Shown here piece by piece: positions 1-12,100 of a stretch of 64,000 nt of DNA (within the stretch, counting starts at the first letter, position 1; each line of letters opens with the position of its first letter). The notes below the pieces were generated by a model. It was given only the letters and a program-made list of their open reading frames with translations, was not told the origin of the DNA and did no database searches. The DNA is from Octopus bimaculoides (lineage: Eukaryota). Location of the stretch: assembly GCF_001194135.2 (NCBI RefSeq), contig NC_068991.1, forward strand, positions 9,703,141 to 9,767,140, read 5' to 3'. A program made the translations under genes and the position numbers.

Positions 1-533
1 CGAAACTTGAGTAAACCTGTTAAAGAAATCTCATTCATGACAGCAGGTGGTTTTATACATCGCATTGCAGTTACATATGTTATTTCCTGCAATCCATTTC
101 AATGTATGTTTTGTATAATTAAGACAAACTTCAGCTAAGGATGCTCCACATATGATGTGGGCAGTAATAGTAAAAGAGACAAGCGTTTGTTAGAAGCTTG
201 CATGCCTGCCTTACCATGTGTCTTTTGTGTCTGACATGTGGTATATTGCTCACCAGTTCAGGTTACATAATTAGGAGCAAAGAGTTGGGTAAACTCTGAG
301 CAAACTTGAAATAAACCTTTTATGAAGATTCTTAAATAAACAATGCATTTTTTCCTTTCTTGTATCTAAGTTTTGTAGCTGTAAAGTTCAGATGAATGGA
401 ACAAGGGTGAAGTATATTGCTAGTGGTCCCTTAGTCAGGGCTTTGCACATGGGAAACTTGTTATTCAATGCTCACATGTTGTTCTCATTGGGAGTCCGTG
501 TGTGTGTATGTATACCTCCCCACTCACTGGGAG

Positions 534-589
<56 letters not shown>

Positions 590-590
<1 letters not shown>

Positions 591-1409
591 ACTACCAAGA
601 ACTGCTCTGTGTGCCTTGGGTTAATGCTGTGGTTTGTTGTGGTGCTCTTATTTTCACTGTATTGAAAGTGTTTTATGTAGGATGTGTGCAGTGCCTAGTA
701 GTGCTTCTTTTTTGTATGTTATATATACTTGTTAGTCCTACTGTTTTGTTATGTATTTGTCTGAATGGTTTTTTTTATCACACCTAATGCACGTACTATA
801 ATAGGAATTGTTTGTTTTTAGACTCCACATTCGAGTTACCTCTATTTCCAGATCCTTCTATTTTGAAAGTTTTTCCATTTCTTTTCGAGAAATGTTGTCA
901 TCTGTTGGTATTGATACATCAATTAGAAAGCATTTTTTTCTTGGTGATCTCTGACAACTATATCCAGCTTATTGGCCTTAATTTCTCTATCTGTGTGTAT
1001 TGGCATATCCCAGAGTATGGTTGCTTTCTCATTTTCTGTGACCTTTTCTGGCGTGTGCCTATACCATCTTTTTTCTGTTATTTATTTTGGTATTTCATAG
1101 TGTTGGCATAGCTTCCAGTGTATATAGGTCCCAACTCTGTCATGTCTGTGAATATATTCCTTCTTAGCCAGGACTGGGCAACCAGAGACAATACAATTTG
1201 TTGTTTCTTCTCCATCTCCATATATCCTGCAGTTACCTGTATTTCTTTTCATTGCAAGTTTTTGGTGATTTCTGATGGGAAGGCTTTGGTCTTGTGCGGC
1301 AATTAAAAATCCTTCAGTCTCTACTTTAAGCCCTGAGCTTCTCAGCCATTGTTGGGATTTTGCTTTGTCTATTTCTTTTCTGTTTAGTTTAACCCAGTAT
1401 TTGCCATGA

Positions 1410-1410
<1 letters not shown>
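590..1410 (-). mobile_element. Decayed 3' fragment of an RLE-type (R4/Dong-like) non-LTR retrotransposon
   Basis: The minus strand reads HGKYW...ETEGFLIAAQDQSL...HRHDRVGTYIHWKLC...ILWDMPIHTDREIKANKLDIVVRD...FLIDVSIP...KDLEIEVTRMW...ALG...LLGTAHIL, with stops and frameshifts. This is the zinc-knuckle plus PD-(D/E)xK endonuclease region. Confidence 0.85.
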
Positions 1411-1443
<33 letters not shown>

Positions 1444-2905
1444 TTGTTGGCTTTGCCACAGCAGTACAGTGCAGTGCAAAATCTAAAACCAGATTATCAT
1501 ATAATCCAGATATTGGTGAGTTGATCTTAAAAAAAGTTTTAAACAGCTAAATATAGGATAACACATATTGTTATGTAGCCACAAATAAGTCCTGATCTAG
1601 TTCTTTCTTACAGCAACCAGCTAGTTGTAGTAACATAGCCTGCGGTAAGCCCTAATCAAGATATCCCTGGTAAAGCCGTTCTAAACTATGCAATTAACAG
1701 GTCAAGTGATGAGGCATTATTCACAGATCTTTTTTTCAGTTCTTCCATGCCTTCTAGCTTAGGAACCATTCTATGCTCTCTAATATGCAATGACTTATCA
1801 ATATTGGATGCAGTGTGAAATCCTAGACTTATTTCATTCTATTTCTTGTACACCCATAGAATTTTGGTGGTGACCAAAGTGAGTTGAACAAGGTAAACTC
1901 TCAGAACACTATAGTTGTTGTTCTTCTGAACTTATGGGTGGTGTGTATCCCATCACTGTTTTTTTTTTTTTCTGTGTGGCTATTGATATTTTGTATGTGT
2001 TTGTGCATGTTCTATTTGTTTAGTAGAGCAGTGTGAGAGAGATGTTTTTAGGACATTATTGTAGTAGTAGTAGTAGTAGTAGTAGTAGTACATCAAAGAT
2101 GTGTGTCAGTGTTTAGAGATAGTTTTTTTTTTTTTGTAAGCTTGTAAGCATTAAGTCTTTGCTGTAGAAACATACTGTTTCTTGCATTTCTCGGTAGATA
2201 TTTTTTTTAACGTTTTCTACTACAGCCAGGTTGCCCTAGGCCATAGTTTGATATCTGCCCTTCTTCCCACTCAGTACTAAGGCTGGAGTCGTGTGGTTCT
2301 AAAATAAACTTCGTGATCACACAGCCATGCTTCTGCTAAACATGTGCGCATGCACACACACACACACACACACACACACTGTTGGAAAATGAAAATTTTA
2401 CTGAACATTATTATTTGGAAATTCTTGTTTCCTCTCTTATATATCAATCCATGCCAGCATAATTGGCAGAGCATGGCAAAACCAATAGACCATCGATCTT
2501 TATGGTATTGAGTTTTATTCTGATTATATGCTTTTATGCCCTGGTCAACTTTTGCCTTTCACCTTCCATGAGGTCAATAAAATAAGTTGTAAATAGAAAG
2601 CACAAGAGTTGCTAGGTGAATGTAATCAATTTAAACCTTGGAAGTTGGTGCCTCAGTTATGGCATGACCACAGTCCAGAAGCTGGAAACAGTGAAAGAAC
2701 AATTCTCTTCCTATCTCTCTCACCTATTTTCAATATATATTTAATCTCTCAGTGCAAACAGATCCTATTCAGGATGCAGAAAAAGAAAGATTAGAAGGAG
2801 GCTCTCAGCTTGATATTGAGAAAAAAATCAGAATATTTATTGGCAACGTGTACTAATTAACTGGTGTTGAAACTGTGTATATATATGTGTATATGTATAT
2901 ATGTG

Positions 2906-2955
<50 letters not shown>

Positions 2956-4110
2956 TAAAGCTATAAATACATTTACAATAAATCTTGACAGCTTGGCTTA
3001 ATATTGATTTATTAAGTTTATAAATGTTAATTTATTTACTTAACTATACCAGACTCATTGACACACTACTTTAGCGTGTGTGTGTACTTGCTACATATAC
3101 ACTCACAAAGTAAATGTCTCTACATATGTAAACAGAGGACAGACTTAAGTAGGATGATCTCAGGTCTCCACAAAGGAAATAACTGGATGAACTCGGGAAG
3201 ACACAAGAGGTGCTGCTGTCAGCTCTCATAAGAGGTAAAAATGAGACAGGGGATGTGGGTAATCAGCATTTGTGATGATATACTAATCTGGGTGCTGAGT
3301 GCAGGGTGAGGGAAAATGTACTTTTAACTAGCTCTGTGTGATTGTGTTCACGTGTGCACGCACACGCATACACACACACGTGGCTCTTTCTGTCTTCAAG
3401 CCAACAAGAGAAACTTTAGTGGACTTATTAATTAAAAACTGCAACCATATTCTCATCAAACCCTAGTATCATTAAAGTGGAGGGGGCATTAAAAGGATAG
3501 AAGACCATGATGGATAATTTAGTTTTAAGTATATTGCTTTTTTGTTTTTGTTTTTTAGTAGTGTTTTAGTCTTTAGTTATGGCCATGCTGGTCTATTACC
3601 TTCAAAGGTTTACATTTGTTTTTTGTTTTTTTGATTTTTCTAGATTTTTTTTCTTTTTTGTCTAAAAATCAGACGCAATGGTCACAGCTGGAACGCATCG
3701 ATTGTTTGTAGACTTGTCTGTCTGCTGACATATGTATTGTAACAACTCAGATTCTAGGTTTCATCCTCCAGCATGGGCTTCTTGGGAAAGTTTTCTACTA
3801 TAGCTTTGAGTTGATGAATATCATGTAAAAAGAGATGGACACTGTCCAGAAGCCTGCCGTGATATATCATCATCATCGTTTTAATGTCCACTTTCTCTAT
3901 GCTTACATGGATCAGTTGGAATTTGTTGAGGCAAATTTTTCTATACCTAGATCCCCTTCCTGTTGTCAACCTTCACCTTTTTCTAAGCAAGCTAACATCT
4001 CCCCTGTAGCCAGACATGTTTTCACTGAAGACTGGAAATAAAGGACACCACTTGTATGATGGTGACACTTGTTTACAACTATCATCCAATGTCAAAACAA
4101 GGAGGCTCAT

Positions 4111-4167
<57 letters not shown>

Positions 4168-6677
4168 ATCGTGTTATACTAAGATGCAATGCATGGTACC
4201 TGAATTTTCAACCCTAGTCAAATATAACAAACTCTTCCTAATCATCATCAAAGCGTCCTCATAAGTGTAATTAAGACTGGCTAATTTGTACTGGCACCGA
4301 GTCATATTAGTTAACGATATTTCTGTATCTATCTATCCATATTTAGACACATACACACACACATGGCTTCTTTTCAGTTTGTGTCTACCAAATCCACTCA
4401 GATTAGCCTGGGGGTGATAGTTGAAGGCACACATCCACAGTGCCATGCAGTGGGGCTGAACACAAAATCATGCAGTTGGGAAGCAAGCTTGTTGACAACA
4501 CAGTCATGCTGGCAAAAAGATAAACAGTAAGAAGGAGGATTGCTGATAAAGTGTTGTGTTGAACACACACACATACACACACATTTAAAATGGTGATTAT
4601 GTAAAGAAAAAAATGTCTTCTCAACCCAGGATGACCCAGTATTTAAGAGCAACAAACACAAAGCTTTATGAGTTTATTTTTATGCATGTGCTTAAAAAAC
4701 AAAACAAAACAAAGACTCTACGTCTCCTGATTACATTGCAACATGTTTTTATAGTCTCTGATGGTATCAAGGCAACTATCTTTTAATATTTCCTTCTTCG
4801 TTTTTGTTTTTAATCTTCTGCATTTTACCTGTGATATGTAGTCTACTAATAAACATAAGCTAGTAGTGTTTGGTACCATGTCGTTCTATTTATTCCTTGT
4901 CTCTCCACTCTCCATATTCTCTTTTACCAAAGCTCTTTTCCTCTTTAAAAAAAAAAAGAAAATGGTGTAGTGTTACTTGAGCAGTTGATACACCTGAATA
5001 TTAGATTAGACTAGCTGGATGTGAAACCTAGCTTTTGCTAGCAAGCTTGTTTTCTGCTATGTCACTAACATACCAAAGTGATTAAAAAAAAATAATATCA
5101 TTTACATACACACGCACAAGCATACACATGTGGTAACCAGATGGCTGAATTGGTAGAGCATCAAATACAATGATACCTTGTGTGGTGTTTGGTTACTTAC
5201 ATTCTGAATTCAAATCCTACACAGGTGTGACTTTATTTTTTATTCTTCTGAGGTTGGCAAACTAATGACTTGACAATGGATCAATCAATTTAATTGAAGA
5301 AAAGAAATAGAATTTGACATTTAACACCTTTTCAAATAATGGTTGGGATTTGTGCATCGGTGCTTTGAACTTGCACCAAAGTTTCCTTTGGTCTAGTTCC
5401 TACAGAGAATGGACCACAGGGAGTCTCTACAAAGTAGCTTGACCTGCTAGAAATATCAGCTAAATCTGTTTAAAATTAGAAACACAGTAGCTACATTGCA
5501 TAATGTCCTTGTAAGTAATAGCTGGGCTGGAATGCTTTCAATTAATTAAAAATCTGCTTGATAGGATCTTATCAACAATATGTCCCTGAGAAAATACTAG
5601 AAAGAGAGGGAGCATATTAAACCAGCTGTTGGTTTAAGCAGGCTACATGAGACATGGCTCATTAACAGGCACGCTGAACTACTGAAAAACTTCATGGTAA
5701 TCTTTCATTAGGGATGCCATTCAGAAACCTTCATGGGTCACAGATTGTCCACGACTGTATTAAATCAATGTCTGTCAACCAATTTCCTTGTCCCGTATTC
5801 TGCCCCCACCTACCACTTTACTGTTCTGATTCCCTCCCACGCAAGATTACAAAAAGGTGGTCCTGTATATATCAACACAGTTTTGTATATAGGCTTTGGA
5901 TGGTTTTAATGAGTCTAGGACATTTACCCCACCATGGATAATAACACCCCCAAGGGCAATTACCCCTGAAATCAACAGATGATGATTTAAAACTGCTTAA
6001 TATATTGGAGAGCGAGTAATTAACCAAGCGGGGGAATTGTCCTAGGGGTGTAATTGTCCTGATATGGGGTTTTAATACCATGATCTGGTGGCACCTTGCC
6101 TGCCTTCAGCAGAGTCCTCTCTGTTGTATGCATTCAAATAAGCTCTCTCGTTTGAGGATATCTTCTTCCCTCTGTCCTTGGATACAGGGAGGAAGATGTT
6201 CTTGGAGGCTCTGTAAAGGGGTATGGATACTGCCTTTCCCTCTGGTTGTGTGGTTATGAAGCTCATTTTGCAACCACATGGTTTCAGCTTCAGTCCTAGT
6301 GTGTGGCACCTAGGATGACAGTCTTCTATAGCCCAAGGCCAACCTTTAATTTGTGAGTGAATTTAGTAGAGGGGAAACTCAAATAGTAAGTTATGATTTA
6401 AGGCCAGTTTGACTGTTATTTCTAGTAGTCCATGTACCTTAACATTTAATGTAATCTCTGTCTATAATTCTGTCACCTCTCTCTCTCTCTTTACCCCTCT
6501 TTTATCTTGTTCCAATTCTCTCAAAATCTTTCTAAAACTCTCTCTCTCCAAACCCTTTTTCCTCATTCTCTTTCCAATTTTGGCTCTCTCTCTCTCTCTC
6601 CCTCTCCATAACTCTGTCTTTCTCTTCATAACTCTCTATACCTCTCTTCCTAACTCCATAACTCTCTTTCGTTACAG

Positions 6678-6780
6678 GGTGGAAATAACGCAGGCCACAC
6701 CGTAGTTGTCGATGATGTCGTTTATGATTTCCATCTGTTGCCAAGTGGAATAATTCATCCAACATGTGATGTCATTATAG
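6678..6780 (+). CDS. ADSS: ADSS exon (103 nt) [34 protein letters not shown]
   Basis: ttacag|GGT acceptor after a CT-rich tract; ATAG|gtgagt donor; conserved GGNNAGHT and FHLLPSG motifs. Confidence 0.97.
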
Positions 6781-9157
6781 GTGAGTAATATGTCTTCTCA
6801 TGTAGCATTGCCAAGGTTTCAGCACTAATCCTATTCTGGTTCTCTCCTCACTACTTAAGTAAATACACTGAATTCTATATTTTACTGAGTCAGATGGAAA
6901 GATGTCAGAAGTTGTCTTTCCTCACTTCCGAAAATATTCAATTATTGACTAAATATTTTCTCAATATTAAAAATGTCCACCACAATTTTATGTTAATCAT
7001 TCCTATGTTTTAATTGGAGATGTCTGATTAATAAATATCTTTAAACCTTGAATTACAATGACATTTGGTATCTAGAGTAACTGCTTGTGCATAATCTATA
7101 TACACAGATCCATACAGTACCCACTAACTGTCTATAGGACCTATTCATGGTTCTATTTTACAATTGGGTCCACATAGTACCCTGCTGGCTATATTAGTGG
7201 CATGTACTATTTATAAGTATCTATTTACCACATCCTTACCGTACCCTGATATTTACAATACTAATTTACCATGAAGATCACACAGTACCCCTACTGTCTA
7301 TATCAGCAATTTGTATCTGCTCATGATACTAATTTGCACTAGGTCTGTACAGTAACCCTACTGTCTTAACTTACACCTGCTCATGGTACTAATTTATGAT
7401 AAGGTCTGTCCAGTATCCCTGCTATCTTCAGCAATGGCTTATACCTATCTTTGATCTTAATTTACAGCTAGGTTTGTACAGTAATCTTGCTCTCTGTACT
7501 ACAACTTATACCAACCTATGGTACCTACTTACATCTACATAAATACAAACTATATCTACTGTTTATTGGTGCTGTACTGTACCCACGCATTGTATTTATT
7601 TAGTTGGGTTGATATAAAACCTTAACTGGTTATTTTCATACTATTTTGAACAGCAGATGCCTGTTCCCACCTCTGGTGTTCTTTCATATTCTTATACTTC
7701 GCGAATCACACAACTACTTTTTAATACTTAGATCTGAGCACCAATCATAGTAATGTCTTACCTCAGACACGTAGGAAAGGGTGGGTATCACAGACACAAC
7801 TAACTCCCCCAATCCCAACCTGTATTCATCTGAATAATGTCTTTTTGTTGTGTTACAGGTAATGGCGTTGTTGTTAACCTGCCTGAATTATTCCATGAAA
7901 TTGAGAAAAATGCTGCTAAGGGCCTTACAAACTGGCAGAATCGTTTGAAGATTTCAAACCGAGCTCATCTGGGTAAATTTATTATTATAATTATTGTTGC
8001 ATTTAATGGCTGAAGCAGTAGGGTGACAAGAAGCAAAATTCCTTGCAATATTTCTTACAAATATATAGCGCTCAAGAACCATGTGGTCCTCAGTTCTGTC
8101 TCACTGCATCTGCATCACTCTTTGAGCAAGTACCTGTCCTCTACTATAGCCCTAGGTTGACAAAATTGTAAGAGTTTTGGTTCAAATTCTTTGTTTCGGT
8201 TCATGTTCTGAGTTTGGTTGCAATGATGCTACTGGGTAGCCATATTATTCTTTGCTGCATGGGTAATTGCCGTCTTCCATTTAAAAATATTTTAAAAAGT
8301 GGGTGGGGGTCGGGGTTGAAAGAAGGAAATCTTGACGTAAACCTGTTTTCTGGAGAGGAACTTTTCCTTGGGTAGACCCTTGATTTCACAAGATATAAAG
8401 ATGCCATTGGTGTGTGTATGTGCTTGTGCTATGCATGGCTGTCTTGCTAAGATGTTAAATTCTTAACCACATAGTTTTAGGTTCAGCCCCACTGCACAGA
8501 ACTTAGCCTTGCTTGATCAATGCCAACTGTCCATCAAATTTCCTTCTGAAATAGATGGAAACTGCAGAAAGCCTGTCGTTTCTCTTCCCCGCTCTCTCAT
8601 GTTATTAATAATCAGCAGAAGTTACAGAGTGGCTCAAGTGCCGAGAGTTCTATGCATTGGCACTCATCACTTGACAAGTGTTAACGCACAAAGCTCTCGG
8701 TTTTTGAATCACTCTGCAACTTCAGCTGATCATTAATAAAACACACACGCACACATAGATAGATAGATAGATAGATACTCGTGTTTGGAGTTTTATTTTC
8801 CTGTTTGCGTCACTAAACCTATATGTACGCATATGCATTTATACATGTGTGTGTTGTGTAAATTTCAAGTTTGTCACTGGTTTAGCCCAGCAGTGATGAT
8901 GTTGACATGACCACAGTCACTCTGTAGTTTCAAAAAATAGGAAACATAAAAAAAATTTTTTTTAAATGGAAAACAGTTCCTTTATGTGGAAGCGGGTAAA
9001 GGTTGGTAACCAGAAGGGCATCTGGCTATTAAACCCCATCTGCAATAAATCCTCTCCAAATTCATGCTAGCATGAGGAAAATGGATATTTAACGAACAAA
9101 ACAAATGCATGTACAGGTTTGTGCATGAACGTATGTATGTATATATATATGAGAGCA

Positions 9158-9194
<37 letters not shown>

Positions 9195-12100
9195 GCCTAA
9201 GTAATAAGGCAAAAGCTGTACTGTAAATATTGAGAAAAACTGAACAGGAGGTCACATTATTTGGCATGCAGAATTATGTAGTCACTCTTTTGAAATTTCC
9301 AAAACCTGTGACTAATGGTTCTATTGTGATGTAAATGGCTTTGTGACATGTACAGGCGTTAACCATTTGCTATATAAAAGTTAATACAATGAATACACAT
9401 TTATAGGTGCAGGCATTAAGCATTTGCAATATAAAAGTTTATAAAATAAAACATATTTATAGGTGCAAGTGTAGCTGTATGGTAAGAAGTTTGCTTCTTA
9501 ACCACTTGGTTCTGGGTTCAGTTCTGTTGCATGGTACGTTGGACAAGTGTCTTCTACTATAACTTTGTGGAAATTGCAAAAAATCCCATCGTGCGTGTGT
9601 GNNNNNNNNNNNNNNNNNNNNNNNNNNNNNNNNNNNNNNNNNNNNNNNNNNNNNNNNNNNNNNNNNNNNNNNNNNNNNNGCCACTACTTGACAACTGGTG
9701 TCAGTGTGTTTATGTCCCTGTAACTTAGTGGTTCGGCAAAAGAGACCAATAGAGTAAGTGCCAGGCTTTAAAAGAATAAGCACTGAGGTTGATTTAATTG
9801 GCTTATACAGGTGTCTTGTGGGCCTTTTTCAAAGCAAGAAACAAGCAGAGAATATTTTCTACTCTGGGCACAGGGCCTGAAATTTTGGGGGAGGCGGCCA
9901 GTCGATTAGATCGACCCCAGTACGCAACTGGTACCTGGTACTTAATTTATCGGCCCTGAAAGGATGAAAGGCAAAGTTGACCTCGGCGGAATTTGAACTC
10001 AGAACGTAAAGACAGATGAAATACCGCTAAGCATTTTGCCCGGCGTGTCAACGTTTCTGCCAGCTCGCCGCTTTAAGAAACAAACTGAGAATGCCAAATG
10101 AAGCTTTTTTAAGTATCACCTTCACTTAATCTTTTGACACTCTCAGGAGATATGTGCCCTAATTGGGAATAACAGCACAAAAGTCATATCAGTTCAAGCT
10201 TGATATTTATTGCTTGTATAATAACTATGCCATTTTATTACAGGTTCGAAGTGGTTACTGTTGAAAAGTTCTTGTCCTGTACTTGTTTAAAGTGGGCTGT
10301 GTTTACAGTTCTTTATTGCTCTTGTTTCGTTACATTCATACATACCTGTTGGCGCAGGTGTGGCTGCATGGTAAAAAGTTTGTTTCCCAACCACATGGTT
10401 CCGGGTTCAGTCCCTCTGTGTGGCACCTTGAGCAAGTGTCTTCTGCTATAGCCTAGGGCCGGTAAAAACCTTGTGAGTGGATTTGGTAGACAGAAACTTG
10501 AAGAAACCTGTCATCATCATCATCATCATCATCGTTTAACGTCCGCTTTCCATGCTAGCATGGGTTGGACGATTTGACTGAGGACTGGTGAAACCAGAAG
10601 GCTGCACTAGGCTCCAATCTGATTTGGCAGAGTTCCTACAGCTGGATGCCCTACCTAATGCCAACCACTCCGAGAGTGTAGTGGGTGCTTTTACGTGCCA
10701 CCGACACGAGAGCCAGTCACAGGGTACTGGCAATGGCCGCGCTCAAAAAGGTGTTTTTTATGTGCCACCTGCACGGGTGTCAGTCCAGCGGCACTGGCAA
10801 CCCTTTAGCGTTCAAATTATTCTTTCACAAGTAATGCTTATCTAGTCATTGTTCTGAATTAAACATGGATTTTGATGATGTCATAGTTTACCTTTAGGAT
10901 GACATTGTGGGGTAGGTGTGAGGAGCTGGATCTGGCCAGTTTGAACATAAAACAAGTGGAATATTTCAGCCAGATATGGCTGGTTTAAATGCTAAAGGGT
11001 TAATAAAGCAATTACTACTCAATTAATTAGTTTCGTCAGTCCTGCAAATTATTCAGGGCATAATTGAACATTTTATCAACATTTTAATAGATAAGCATTT
11101 CATCAACATTTTCAAAGTATATTTCTTAAAATGATGGAAACTGTTAAAATGATGTTTTCTCTGTTTATTTTAGTGTTTGATCTCCACATGAAATTGGATG
11201 GGGTTCAAGAAATGAAAAGAGGAAGAAATTCGTGAGTAATTTTTTTAACAACAAAATTTCAGACTAAGCCAACTCTTAATTTACATGAGGATGTTTTTGG
11301 ATTTTGTTTCCTTTGTTGGTGCCAACTTGGAAATTTGTATGTATATTGATGAGGTTTTGCTGTACATCAATTTGAATCAGTAATTTAAAAAAATTTTTTT
11401 TTTTTTAATTGTATTTCACTTCATATATTAAGACTCCAGTGCTCTTTTGTCAAGCATAACTGCTATTCATAATCCTTCTTTTCCAGAGCATTATCTCTTC
11501 AAAATTCCTTCCTTGTCCATGTTTTCTTGCAATCATTAACTTACCAACATCAGTTGCATTAAGTCTCACTTTTGAAATCTAAAACAAAGAAAAATTTTAA
11601 GTTGGATTGTCACTCCCTGCAATTCTATCACCACTAAATGTTATACTTTCTGATGATGAAGAAATAATTGTCGTTTAACTCATTAAGATAACTCATGGAA
11701 CGCTCTTCAATGTGGAGAATGTAGAGAAAAAGTAAAGCTTGGAAAGAAATGAAGCATGCTGGAGATGTAATGTTAGTGTGAATGAATGATGGAATGCAAA
11801 TGTGTTTTGAGAGAAAGAGCAGTTTGAAGATGAATCAGATGTAGTGTGTAAGAGAGAAGACTGCGCTGATAATGGACATATGATGCATAAGGTGACAGCT
11901 GGGTAGTGAATTGTCAAGGCAGTATCCAGTGGGAAGAGGAAAAAGTAATGGAGCCCTGTGGCTGAAATTGACCATAAATATTGCAAAATTTTATCATTTC
12001 TTGTTCCTTTTTCAATTAACCTTACACTGATATAAACTCCTGTATAAACTAAATGATGGGTTTCCTCACAGTTTCCATCTATGAAATTTCAGTCAGTCAC

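Noticed and set aside
392-787. 131-aa ORF and the many CV/YI/HT-rich ORFs across the window
   Set aside because: These are translations of dinucleotide microsatellites or antisense frames of LINE/SINE remnants.
1-6677. Search for the ADSS first coding exon (QWGDEGKG...CRCQ)
   Set aside because: No match was found by eye; it is presumed to lie upstream of the window.
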